From Octopus vulgaris (taxonomy: Eukaryota), in contig OX597821.1 of the NCBI GenBank assembly GCA_951406725.2, positions 57,164,001-57,228,000 of the forward strand: DNA of 64,000 nt, given 5' to 3'. Under the pieces are notes generated by a model. That model saw only the letters and a program-made list of their open reading frames with translations. It was not told the origin of the DNA and did no database searches. The translations under genes and the position numbers were made by a program. Shown one piece after another: positions 12,352 to 24,600 of the stretch. Position 1 is the first letter of the stretch, and every line of letters starts with the position of its first letter.

Positions 12352-12596
12352 CCGCTGGCACGTTAAAAGCTCGAACTGATCGTGACCGATGCCAGACCCA
12401 CCCTGGCACCTGTGCAGGTGGCACGTAAAAAGCACCCACTACACTCGCGGAGTGGTTGGCGTTAGGAAGGGCATCCAGCCGTAGAAACTCTGCCAGATCA
12501 GACTGGAGCCTGGAGCAGCACCTGGCTTCCCAGACCCCGGTCAAACCGTCTAACCTGTGCTAGCGCGGAAAACAGAAGTTAAACGATGATGATGAT
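12352..12596 (+). mobile_element. SINE family C, young copy ending in (GAT)n
   Basis: ggcacgtaaaaagcacccactacactcgcggagtggttggcgttaggaagggcatccagc...gttaaacgatgatgatgat; CpGs are retained. Confidence 0.88.
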
Positions 12597-12604
12597 ATTT
12601 GATG

Positions 12605-12970
12605 GTGGCATATAAGACGCACGAGTGCATAGGATGCACCCTAGCCTAGGCTGTACGTTTTCAAAATAAATTACCACTAAAATGTTTTAATTCCTCCACT
12701 TACCTGTATAACTTTGTTATTACTGGTAATTATAATCAATTTATTGCATCCACATTCGATATAAACATACCATAAGCAATTGTTTATCAATAGATGGCAG
12801 CACACATTTTGTAAACATACATACCATTCTGAGTGAGTTTTGAGCCTACATTGAGTGCATTGGATGCAGTGGAACTTTTAAAGCCATTTTTAGGTAAAAA
12901 AAAGGTATGTCTTATAGGCCATACTCTTTGTCTACTAGTCTGTGTCCATGCATTATATATGATACACATT
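12605..12970. mobile_element. Probable pogo/Tigger-like MITE remnant
   Basis: tataagacgcac and gtcttataggc sub-terminal motifs typical of pogo-like non-autonomous elements. Ends are not resolvable. Confidence 0.4.
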
Positions 12971-13574
12971 CCCAATTTCTTTTCCAACCAGCAGAGTAAC
13001 TTTGGGCTTACGGAAAGAAAGCTTTTTATTACTCAAAACGAATGAAACAAGCTAACTATAAGTTTGAAAACCAGACTGGATATTTACGACAAATTTATGA
13101 AGATGATTTGGACAGGCAAAGGGTTAAGTATGAAATGAGATATTTAAGAGTCAACTTACACAAGCTATTATTCATTGGACACCTCATTTCCTAGGTCACA
13201 CATGAGTAGTCACTTCAGCAGAGTATGTCGCTGACCCTGATATCAACAACTCTTTGACAGTGATTGAAATGCTAATCTCTTTATGAAGTTACAACTTACT
13301 GGTTTCACCTATCACTTGCCTCTTGAATCAGAAATTTTCTGTAAGATTGCTCCATCAGTGAGAGTAGATAGGGCTTTCTCTAATTGCTATTTCAGTGTTT
13401 CTCAAAGTGGGTATTACTGACCTGGGAGTGGGAGAAGGGCAGTGGAAAATCTTATGAGTGCTGGAGACCAAGGAAGATAGAGAAGTGCAATTGATGCATC
13501 TGTATAGCTTTTTAATTCTTTGTCTCCTATTATTATATTAAGTTGCAAAAAAAAGAAAAAGGTATTATGGCTCA

Positions 13575-13992
13575 GGCTTTGCTGTGTGGTTTTAAGAAGC
13601 TTGCTTCCCATCCATGTGACCTTGGGTTCAGTACTGTTGCATGGCACCTTGAGCAAGTGTCTTCTACTATAGCCCTAGGCTGAACAAAGCCTTGTAAGTG
13701 GATTTAGATGACAGAAACTGAAAGAAGTCTATCATGTGTATGTGTGTCTCTCTTTGTCTAGACATCATGTAATCATTGTAAATGAATGTCATTGTCATAC
13801 AAATGAGGATGTCTGTCTCCAGTGGTCTTCTGTGAAAAGCATGTCTGGCCATGAGAAAAATATCTTGCTTGGAAACAGGTGCAGCTTGGTGAGAGGAAGG
13901 ATATCTGGCTGTAGAAAATCCATCCCAATAAATTATGTCTGACCCATGCGAGCATAGAAAGGTGGATATTATAGGATTATGTTGATGATGAT
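13575..13992 (+). mobile_element. SINE family E (family A head, different body, family C-like tail)
   Basis: Family A head, then ...catgtctggccatg...ttggaaacaggtg...ggaaggatatctggctgtagaaa...gacccatgcgagcatag...gatgatgat. Related copies at about 19025-19425, 20380-20740, 26520-26700(-), 33105-33510(-), 37380-37630, 55440-55640(-), 55800-56230(-) and 57130-57350. Confidence 0.78.
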
Positions 13993-14252
13993 TATGGTAA
14001 ACTGCTTGACAGCTACAATCATAACAACAATAATAACAACAACTATAGATTGAAGCACAAACATAAATTTCAACTTGTAGCTACAGGGACATATATTAAA
14101 CTCAAGAATATGGTGGCTGAGTTTAGCCAAAGCCACATATCAAAGATTGAGTCAATAGCTAAGTCCAAGGAGTGATGTCTCAAATATTTTGCTTTTAGTT
14201 GCGTGATGCTGTGATAAGTAACCAGCTGCATTAGACTAGTATTTGGAACTAA

Positions 14253-14642
14253 ATTACTCTGGCCTGATATTGTGGAAGATTGAAGAGAGACATTGGGATC
14301 AGAAGCAAGGAAGGAAAAGTGATGTTGGGACCAAAAGCGAAGGAAAGTGATGTCACATCAAGAAGCAGGACATTTGAAGAGCCTCTTTCTTTGTCAGGAC
14401 TTTGAGGGAAATAGATATGTGGAAGGGATCTCTGAGGGGCCAGAATATTACTCTGGCCTGATATTGTGGAAGATTGAAGAGAGAGACATTGGGACCAGAA
14501 GCAAGGAAGGAAAAATGATGTTGGGACCAAAAGTGAAGGAAAGTGATGTCACATCAAGAAGCAGGACATTTGAAGAGCCTCTTTCTTTGTCAGGACTTTG
14601 AGGGGAATAGATATGGGGAAGGGATCTCTGAGGGGCCGGAAT
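14253..14642. repeat. Direct tandem duplication, 2 x ~195 bp
   Basis: attactctggcctgatattgtggaagattgaagagag... starts at 14253 and again at 14447; the copies are highly similar. Confidence 0.92.
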
Positions 14643-16169
14643 ACTTTCTGGCCAGAAGTTGGGGTAGTTTACACTTATATGTACAACCATTGAGTTTTGA
14701 TGATCCTTGTGAAGTGAAACTGGATATTCTGTTCTTATTTCATCTAGCAGTAAGAGTGACCTTAGTTTTTGCTTTTCCAGCTACAGATATGATGTGTTTG
14801 TACATTAAAAAATGAGTGGCAGTGGGCTTTGTATCGTAGCAAGAAGGCATTGAAAATGTATTTGTAAAAGAAAGGGCATGGTAGTTGAAAAAAGACTGAG
14901 AAGCACTACTTTATTCCATCATCTCATATCTTCATTAATGATCTGTACATTATCACCTCTAATTATAATGCTCATTATACTGTCCTTCATTCTACCTCAG
15001 TCTCTAACACTTAGATGTCAACACACAAACTAGACACCTTTAACTAGATTTTCATTTCTGATACACATCAGGGAAGTATAGGTGAAACAATAAAAATCCT
15101 TTCTATTTTTTGGGCAGAAATGACCAATCAAAATATTGACACACTTCACAGGTTTTTGTTTATTTTACTAAGTTTTATAGCTTACATTCACTTCTCAAGG
15201 TGAACACATATCCAAGCAAAAACTGCATTTCAAAGGTTAGGCCATCTCTTCAGAGCCAGAAATTTCATGAACTATGAACAGTTGATAAACCCTATACAAG
15301 ACACAAATGTGACCTAGATACTGATATGAGAATGCCTCTCGCAATATCTGGGGTGGAAGAACTTCCAGACAACGCAAATGTTATAACCTACATTTACAAA
15401 ATAAATAAAAAAACAAAAAACAAAAGACAAAAAAACTAATCAGCCCTAGGACTTAGAATAAGTGCCAGACTTAAAATATATCCGTGCATTTTGTTGAACA
15501 GCTAAGTTATGGGAATGTAAACAAACCAACACTTATCAAATAGTGGTGAGGTGGAGTGGGGTGGGGTCAGGACAAGCGCATACACAAAGACACACAAATG
15601 TATGTACAGTGGGCTTCCACACAGTTTCTGTGAAGTAGATTTACTTGCAAGATGTTGGCTGGCCCGGGATTGTTTTAGAAGATAGTTGCCTGAAGTGCCA
15701 CACCGTGGGAATGAACCCTAACCCATATGGGTTGCAAAACAAGCTTCACAACCACACAAACATTGCCTGCACTTTTGAAAAACTACTTTATTTAAGAAAA
15801 AAATTTCAGTTGAATTTTTTTATTGTTTCTATTTCTTGGTTCGTGGGGACCTGCATAGGAATAAGTTCTACACTTCCCTAATTCTCAGAATGAGATCCTA
15901 GAATCAATTGTTGATAATTCAGAATATCCTTAATTACAATTAATAAATATAGATAAAAGATTTTAATGGCACCAGAAAAGAATATGTCTATGCTTATACA
16001 ATTAATAAGAATAATGACCACTAAAGTGTATTCCTAATATGCTAAACATAGATGTCAAATCGCCTTACCACGAAGAGTGTGTTCTCAATGTTTATATGCT
16101 TATATGTGTTTGTGTACTGGAAGCCAGATGGTTGGGAAGTATGTTTTTTAACCACACAGTCATGCCCAT

Positions 16170-17058
16170 GTATATTTGTGTGTGTGTATATAATGTTCAT
16201 ATGTTTGTGTGTGTGTGTATATAAGTGTATGTTGTGTGTGTGTGTATGTATGTGCGTTTATACATATACACGTGTGTGTATACATGTATGTATGTATGTA
16301 TGCATATGTGTGTGTATATGTATATAACATATGTATGTATATGTATATACATGTATGTATGTATACGTATGTATCTGTGTATGTATGTATGTATACGTAT
16401 GTATCTGTATATATATGCATGTATGTGTATATATATGTATTTATGTATGTATGCATGTGTATGTGTATATGTATGTATGTATGTATGTGTATATATATGT
16501 ATGTGTATATATATATGTATGTGTATATGTATGTATGCATGTGTATATGTATGTATGCATGTGTATGTGTATATATATGTATATATGCATGTGTATATAT
16601 ATGTATATATGCATGTGTATGTGTATATATATGTATATATGCATGTGTATGTGTATATATGCCTGTGTATGTATATATATATGTATATATGCATGTGTAT
16701 GTATATGTATAAATGCATGTGTATGTGTGTATATATATGTATATATGCATGTTTATGTATATATTTGTATGTATGTTTGTGCATGTATATATTTGTATGT
16801 ATGTTTGTGCATGTACATGTATATAAATTTCTGTGATATATTAAACATGAACTCCTAAAATAATTATAGATATCGAATGCCCTCTCCCATACCTAAATGG
16901 GAATTAAATAACATTATTAATACATTTTTAACAATTACCCTGTCTTCGTGCTTCATGATTTTGCTTTCACTCTACACCTAATAGACTCCTAGCAGAATGT
17001 GATAACATCAAATGGATTTCTTCCATCAGAATCAGTGGCTTAGAACTGAACAAAATAT

Positions 17059-17123
<65 letters not shown>

Positions 17124-17361
17124 CTGTCTATATGTGTGTGTACATGTATGTGTGTGTGCATATACATATATATGTGAGTGTATGTATATGCATACATGTG
17201 TTTTATTTTTATGAATATATGTAGTTGTATGTCTCTATGTATGTGTGTCTGTATGTATATATATATATATACACAGACACATATTTGTATATGTGTTTAT
17301 CTTTATGAATATTTGTGATTGTATGTCTATGTATATATATATATATATATGTGTGTATATA

Positions 17362-17395
<34 letters not shown>

Positions 17396-17404
17396 CATAT
17401 CTAG

Positions 17405-17441
<37 letters not shown>

Positions 17442-17458
17442 CACATAATATATATATA

Positions 17459-17503
<45 letters not shown>
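16170..17503. repeat. Compound TG/TA/TATG microsatellite field
   Basis: Degenerate (TATG/TG)n at 16170-16825, pure (TG)n at about 17061-17118, (TA)n at about 17330-17503. Confidence 0.95.
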
Positions 17504-17505
<2 letters not shown>

Positions 17506-17674
17506 AATTGAGATAGGGGTTGTAAATGCAACCCTCCATGGGATAACATATATCCAATATACTGCTAGTGAAGTACCCAACAAGGTTAATACATAAATGT
17601 TAAGGATTGCGATGCAATCAATTCATTTACTGTATTATATGGGCAAAGGTAAAATGTTTTACCACAAATTCATA

Positions 17675-17932
17675 ATACAAAATAAGAAAATGGAGAAATA
17701 CATCTAAATCAAATATCAATTACCAGATAGTACTCAATCACATACTTTATTAAACCACCACATAAGCAACTATAGGGTTAAACATAAAAAAAGTAGAACA
17801 AAACAGTGTACATCAAGGAGTGTACATAAAAACCCTATAGTTTCTTATGTGGTGGTTTAATAAAGTATGTGATTGAGTACTATCTGGTAATTGATATTTG
17901 ATTTAGATGTATTTCTCCATTTTCTTATTTTG

Positions 17933-17935
<3 letters not shown>
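17675..17935. repeat. Near-perfect inverted repeat (105-bp arms, 51-bp loop)
   Basis: 17675-17779 is the reverse complement of 17831-17935; one mismatch seen (gcaac vs gaaac). Confidence 0.95.
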
Positions 17936-17965
<30 letters not shown>

Positions 17966-18450
17966 GTCATGCATAATTGTGTTCATCACTCTGCACACAC
18001 AAGCACAAATGCATATTTATACATATTTGAACACACACACACACACACTTTATGTAAAACCTTTTATAATGAATTTTTAAAGGGTTTGCTTGTGTGCACA
18101 GTATTTCTGTGTATATCATGCAACTAATGTGGCCTAGTTGTTAGTGTATAGTACTCTCAATCAAAAAGTTCATGGTTTCAATACCTGGGCTTGGTAGTGC
18201 ACTATGTTTTTGTGCAAACCACTTCATCTCACATTGTTCTGCAATCACTTTGACACATGACATACCGTGCACTATTGCACATGCATTATTGATTTGATGG
18301 AGGGAGTGATCTAATGTGCAACACAATCATTTGATCATTATGAGCAAATCATTTGTGCCAGCTGTTCTGCAAGAATTTGCAGAACCATCATCTGCAAATT
18401 CCAAAAAGCCATACAGATGGCACTAAAATCTTCAACAGAATCAAGGGACT

Positions 18451-18796
18451 TGAATGGCAGCACAGAAAGATTTTCCTATCAGTGCTGGTGCCATGTAAAA
18501 AGCACACAGTCCACTCTGTAAATTGGTTGGCATTACGAATGGCGGCCAGCCATAAAACCCATTCCAAAACAGATCCCACCAGTGCTAGCACCCTCTAAAA
18601 TACATCCAGTCTATTCTGTAAAGTGAATGGCAGCACAGAAAGATTTTCCCATCAGTGCTGGTGCCATGTAAAAAGCACACAGTCCACTCTGTAAATTGGT
18701 TGGCATTACGAATGGCGGCCAGCCATAAAACCCATTCCAAAACAGATCCCACCAGTGCTAGCACCCTCTAAAATACATCCAGTCTATTCTGTAAAG
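18451..18796. repeat. Direct tandem duplication, 2 x 173 bp, overlapping an old family C SINE
   Basis: tgaatggcagcacagaaagattttcc... at 18451 and 18624; one mismatch seen. Confidence 0.93.
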
Positions 18797-19522
18797 TGGT
18801 TGGTGTTAGAAATGGCATCTAGGCATAAAAAACTATGTCAAAAGTGATAGTGGAGCTTGGTGCAGTCCTCTGGCTTGTTAGATCTTGTCAATCGATCCAA
18901 CCCATACCAGCACGGAAGATGGATGTTAAATGGCGATGGTGATATATATTTTTTGTAGCTGGAGTATAATGCCAAAATGAAGTTTAAGATTGCTGAATTT
19001 CATATTGAAGGAGAAGGCAGAGACATGGCAGTGTAGTTGAAAATGCTGCTTCCTAATCACATGGTTTTGGGTTCAGTCTCACTGTGTGGCACTCTGGTTT
19101 AGTATCTTCTATTATAGCCCTGGGCTACAACCAATCCTTTGTAAGTGGATTTGGTAGATGGAGACTGGGAGAATCCCTGTGTGTGTAGGTATGTGTATGT
19201 TTGTGTCTCCTTGTCTTGATATGTGATAGACGTAAACGAGTATCACTGTTGTACAGGCAGTGTCTTTCATTTCCATGATTCTGTGAAAACATGTCTGGCC
19301 ATGAAGAAATTTTATCTTCCTTGGAAACAGGTGAGGTTTGGTGATAGTTAGGGCACCCAGCCACAGAATATCTTTCAACAAATCCTATTTGATCTATGCA
19401 ATCATGGAAAATAAATGATGATGATAATAATGTTCATGCTGGTACTAAGTTTCATCCACAAGCATGCTAACATGCTGTATAATCCTCCTGTCTAATAATA
19501 ATAATGATAATGATAATAATAA

Positions 19523-19803
19523 TGGGATTTTATGATTCAGTGCGACCATGAGATAGGGAATAGGAAGCCAGACATAGTCTTAATTGAGAAAGAAAACAAA
19601 CTATGCTGGATCAATAGCATGCCCAGCTGACAACCAGGTATGTGATAAGGAAGAAAGAAAAATCGAGAGATGGTCAATGGAAAAGGTAGCAGTACCAATA
19701 ATTGTCGGAGTCCTGGGAACAGTGAGTAAAAATCTCGAGAAGTATATGGAACAAATATGAGCTGCAATAAGGGTGGAGTACTTGCAGAAAACAGCACTGC
19801 TTG
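19523..19803 (+). mobile_element. R4/Dong-clade non-LTR retrotransposon remnant (restriction-like endonuclease C-terminus)
   Basis: Broken frames translate to WDFMIQCDHEIGNRKPDIVLIEKENKLCWI / IACPADNQVCDKEERK / WSMEKVAVPIIVGVLGTVSKNLEKYMEQI*AAIRVEYLQKTALL, the RLE PD..D motif region. It starts right after a (TAA)n tract. Confidence 0.85.
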
Positions 19804-20259
19804 ACCCTAGTACTCAACAGGTACTTAATTGGTACAATTTTGAAAGGAAGGACTTAGTCATTTGTTTCAATTCCTGTACTTGACTGATACTTTATTTTAT
19901 CAATTGGTGGGAAAGGGGGATTGAAATGAAAAAATTTACCAAGGCAGTAATTGAATTCAGCATATAGGGATTGGAAGAAATGACTCAAAGCCTTTTGCCC
20001 TACACTCTCATGGCTTCACCAATCTATCTACTGACCTAATAATAGTATTGATGATAGATAGTACATGTGTGTCTTCAGTGAAGTTTGCTTTGTTTATAAA
20101 TATTTGGATCAGATCCATCAGTTGTGTATCTACTCACAAATTCCCTGCAGATATTGATTTGTAGATGTTATGACTTGGCACCAGCTACATCAAATTCAGA
20201 GCCTAAGAGGAGCCCTTGGTCCCTTGACTAACTTAGTGTGTATATGTAAAAGGATATAT

Positions 20260-20294
<35 letters not shown>

Positions 20295-20983
20295 CACATA
20301 CAAACGTGTGTGTGTGTGTCTCACCCATGCCAGCATGGAAGGTGGATGTTAAACAATGGTGATGATAATGATAATGTGCAGGCGTGGCTGTATAGTAAGA
20401 AGTATACTTCCAAACCACATGGTTCTGAGTTCAGTCCCTCTTCTTGACATGCTGAACAAGTGTCCTATTACCCCAGACTGAGTAAAGCCTCATCAATGAA
20501 TTTGGCAGATGGAAACTGAAAGAAGCCTGTCATATCTGTGTGTGTGTGTGTGTTACTGTTTCCTTGTCTTGACATTGTGTTATAGTTGCAAATGAGAGTC
20601 ACTGTCATGTGAGCGGTGTCTTTCATTTCCAATCTTCTGTAAAAACATGTCTGGTCATGAGGAAATATTACCTTACATGGAAACAGGTGAAGGTTGGTGA
20701 CTGGAAGGACACCCAGCCATAGAAAAGCTGCCTCACACATAAAGACTATTTATAACTATAATGACTCAAATTCTCAACAAGAGTTCTATATTATTCCATG
20801 TTGTTGTATGCCTGTCTATAAATATTTGAGGTACCTTATACATATGCATGTTTATGCACATACACATGCATATGTATGGCAGGGAACCATTCTTTACTGT
20901 ACAATATTTGTCTCAGGAAATATTTGTATACATGCAATTTTTTTTATTTCAAAAAACATACAAATGCATGCACACACACACAA

Positions 20984-22284
20984 TACCATAAAAATCCATG
21001 TAAATTGTGTGCAACTGTGTAATTTATACAGGTGATTTTCAAGATAAAAAATTTGTTTAAAAAATGCTTCTACGCATGTAAAATTTGCACCCAAAAGTTT
21101 TCAGAATTGCCAATATAGCCAGGGAAAAAAGGTTTTCTATTTAGTTGAATTTAGCATAATTTCACTTACTTATGATTAGATTATGATTAGATTTTATTAA
21201 ATTTTCATTAAATAAAAATAATTTCTGTTTAACAGGTATCACATTGAAAGCTCTTAAATTATAAAATGTTTGTGTTGTTTATAAGAAACTTTATTCTACA
21301 TTTCTTGCCCACAAATGATTATGTCTGATTTTTAGCATACTACTGTATGTCTTCTCAAATCATGATCACAGGAAATGTTGTTAAGAATTACCAGCAAGAA
21401 CAAAGCTGATAAATACACACAGGTATTGCAAATTAAGTTTAAATATACCAATAAACATCAGCTTGGATGACACTTTACTCAACCAACTGAGGAAGGTGGT
21501 CAATCAAACTGACTATGTAAATTGAATTCATTTCCGACTATTCTTGTCGGAACACTTGATACAGAGTATCGAAAGTTTAATCTCTTTCACAATTATAAAA
21601 TGCCGAGCAAACTTTAAAATTTTTCATTACCGTTATTGTCAGTATGGGCAGAACTTATGAATTGTTTACTGCGATAGAGAAATTAAATATGTTGAATATG
21701 CATTCAAACATGGCAATAGTGCTGCTGGAAGGCATTTTAATGTTAATGAAACCAATGTTTGAAATTGGTGTAAACAGTACGACAAACTTAAAACTGTGCC
21801 TAGTAATAAACAGACAAAAATAAAAACATTCAATCAAGATTATCCATGTCATTACATTTCTTTTTTCAATCAGGAATATCCATATCATTACGTATGTCAA
21901 TGTTGCTCCATTGTGATAGGTAGAAATTCCAAGCAATGTAACATATGGCCCAGACAGTATTTACCAATATGAACATCACACTTCAAAAAGTAGTTAACCA
22001 TTTAATGGTTTTAGTAAATTTATACCAAAAAAAAGTAAGCATTATACCGTCCAGCATAAATAAAAGTCAACTTCATTAATCGTATTTAAGCCATTATTTT
22101 TTTTGTTAAAACCTATTCTCACATCAAATGAGCCAACTTCCGGTATGAATGTTTACGTCTTTTTGCAACAAAAAATTTTTTTTTAAATTTTGGAAACAAT
22201 CTACTCATGTGATTTATGCACCCCCTAAAGTTTATTTTTAGTTTTGCATAAAAAAGTGCATAAATTACATGGGTTTTTACGGTA
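20984..22284 (+). mobile_element. Internally deleted pogo-family DNA transposon with BrkDBD/HTH transposase remnant
   Basis: Left end TA-CCATAAAAATCCATGTAAATT; right end reverse complement TA-CCGTAAAAACCCATGTAATTT. 21665-21810 encodes FTAIEKL/KYVEYAFKHGNSAAGRHFNVNETNV*NWCKQYDKL (POGK-like Brinker DNA-binding domain) with one frameshift and a TGA at 21760. Confidence 0.85.
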
Positions 22285-22770
22285 ATTCTTTCTAATTTTG
22301 ACACAAGGCTACCGATTTTGAGTAGAGAGGGTAAGTTGATTACATTGACCCCTGTACTAGTAGTAGCAATTTGGGGGCATGTGCTGTAACAGTGCATCAC
22401 TGCATCTGCTGTTTGTTGGTGATTCCCTCTTTCTGGTGAATGACACTTTTGTACCACTTGGGCAACAGCCCTTCAGCCCATGGGTCTGTTTGAATAGTAA
22501 TCACTGGTGAGGGTTTTATGAGGTGAGAGTGCAAATCCTAACTCAACCTCTTTTAGTCTTCTTTTACGACACACAAAGGAGACGTTGGGTCTTTTCTCTG
22601 ACAAGCCAGCCCCCACACAGCGCAGTACTAGATGGATACTTTATTTTATCGATCTCCAAAAGGATGAAAGGCAAAGTCAACTTTGGCGATATTTGAACTC
22701 TGAAGAAACGAAATGCCACGAAGCATTTTGTCCAAGTTTTTAGTGATACTGCCAACCTACTGCCGCCTTA
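22285..22770 (-). mobile_element. SINE family B copy, split by a nested insertion
   Basis: ttttgacacaagg...gattacattgacccc, resuming as tactttattttatcgatctccaaaaggatgaaaggcaaagtcaac after 22631. Confidence 0.8.
22361..22624 (-). mobile_element. Short non-autonomous retroelement with a non-LTR-type 5' motif and (CTA)n tail
   Basis: Bounded by a GTACTAG duplication (22354-22360 and 22625-22631). Minus-strand 5' part reads ...acccaacgtctcctttgtgtgtcgtaaaagaagactaaaagagg; 3' end is ctactactag. Confidence 0.65.
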
Positions 22771-23619
22771 CACATATACACGATGACATAAGAAATAAAT
22801 TAGGCAGATGTAATTTGAAATGGAAAGAAGTTAAAACATAATGCCAAAACCATCTGTTATATTTCCAGCATTACAAATTATGTCTTTTGGACAGAACAAT
22901 GTAATATGAACCACACCCAATGTGCACTGATACAGGTAACCTCATACATACAGACAGAACTTCAAATAACTGGTAATGCTATTGTTAAAGAGCTATCCTA
23001 CACTGCTGATAATATGCCAAGCAGTTTTAAACAATAGAAATACTTGTAAGTAGTAGAACAACAGATTCTATGGTCTTTCCAAGTACTGGAGTTGAGAGTT
23101 GTAAAGTAGTCACTGCTAATAACTAGGCTACAACTGAAAATTATCCAACATAAAGTCTCATTCTGCTAGGTCCTTAAAATTTGGCTACAAACTGAGCTGT
23201 GTGTGTATTTGTGAGTGAATGTATATTTGCAAATACACAGACATACAAACATGCAGTGAAAAGACATAGAGAAAGAAATATACACATACATGCATGCATA
23301 CAAATGCATAGAAATGAGCCTAAAATGTATCGTACTATGATATATACATATAATTTGTATTGAACAGAGATAAAGAAAGATGGAGATTTATAGATCACAT
23401 TGATCTGTAGGCACAGGAAAGGCAGTATGTTAAGAAGCTTGCTTCTCAAACACATGGTTCTGGGTTCTGTCCCCCTGTGTAGCACCTTGGGTGAGTGTCT
23501 TCCACTATAATTTTGGGCTGACTGAGGCTTTGTAAGAGGATTTGGCAGGAAACTGAAAGAAGCCTATCATACACATGTGTGTGCGTTTATACGTATATAT
23601 ATATATATATATATATATA

Positions 23620-23800
23620 GGGAGACGAAGACAGGTGGTGTTCAAAACAAACAGATGTATTAGTATAACGCTCAGGAATAGAAAAAGTCTTTTATGTTTC
23701 GAGCCTACGCTCTTCTACAGATAGGGACATAGAAAACAAGGAGAGAAAAAAATGTGTGTAGTGGCTAACGATCTATCATGGCGTCACATGATAGATCGTT
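23620..23800 (-). mobile_element. Putative Penelope-like terminal fragment inside a (TA)n tract
   Basis: Second copy at about 49565-49730. Carries GAAGAGCGTAGGCTCGAAAC on the minus strand and ends in a perfect 14-bp hairpin (23767-23800). Confidence 0.55.
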
Positions 23801-24203
23801 ATATTATATATACACACATATATATATATGTGTGTATGGATGTATAGCAAGAAAGTTATATTTGAGTATGTGTGTGTATAGTCAAAAATGACAAAATAGT
23901 TTGATGAAATTTTATTTAACAATAAGAAAATATAAATATTTCAATGAATTGTTTCATAACTTAAAAACTTATAGATAATTTATAGTATTATATTTGATAA
24001 TAAATAAATTACCTACATGCCTTCATTAATGCAAAAAGTCCTTCAAAGTAATGCAGAATTTAAGCTATATTCTTAGAAAGTCTTTGTTAAATAGTGTGTG
24101 TGTGTGTGTGTATATATATATATGTAAAAATATATTTTTTGTTTCAGCCCTATGGCTGTGGCCATGGTGGTGCACTGTACGTATGTATAATATGTATATA
24201 TAT

Positions 24204-24600
24204 AGGCACAAGCATGGCTGTGTGGTAAGAACGTTGCTTCCGAACCACATGATTCTGGGTTCAGTCTCACTGTGTGGCACCTTGAGCAAATGTATTCTAT
24301 TATAGCTTCTGGCTGACCAAAGTTATTTTGTGTGGATATGGTAGACAGAAACTGAGAGAAGCCCATCATATATATATATATGTGTGTGTGTGTTTATGTC
24401 TGTCTCCACCCCCCCCTCGTCATTGCTTGATAACCGATATTGGTGTGTTTATGTCTCTGTAACCTAGCAGTTCAGCAAAAGGGACCGATAGAATACTAGG
24501 CTTACAAAAATTAAATCCAGGGGTCGATCTCTTCGACTAAAAGGTGGTGCTCCAGCATGGCCACAGTCAAATGACCGAAACAAGTAAAAGAATATAAGAA
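24204..24600 (+). mobile_element. SINE family A, full length
   Basis: ggcacaagcatggctgtgtggtaag...ggttcagtc...ggcaccttgagcaa...internal TA/TG...gaaacaagtaaaag. Confidence 0.9.

Noticed and set aside
12833-13045. 70-aa ORF with a donor-like aggtatgt
   Set aside because: It lies within a probable pogo-like MITE remnant, and there is no supporting acceptor or homology.
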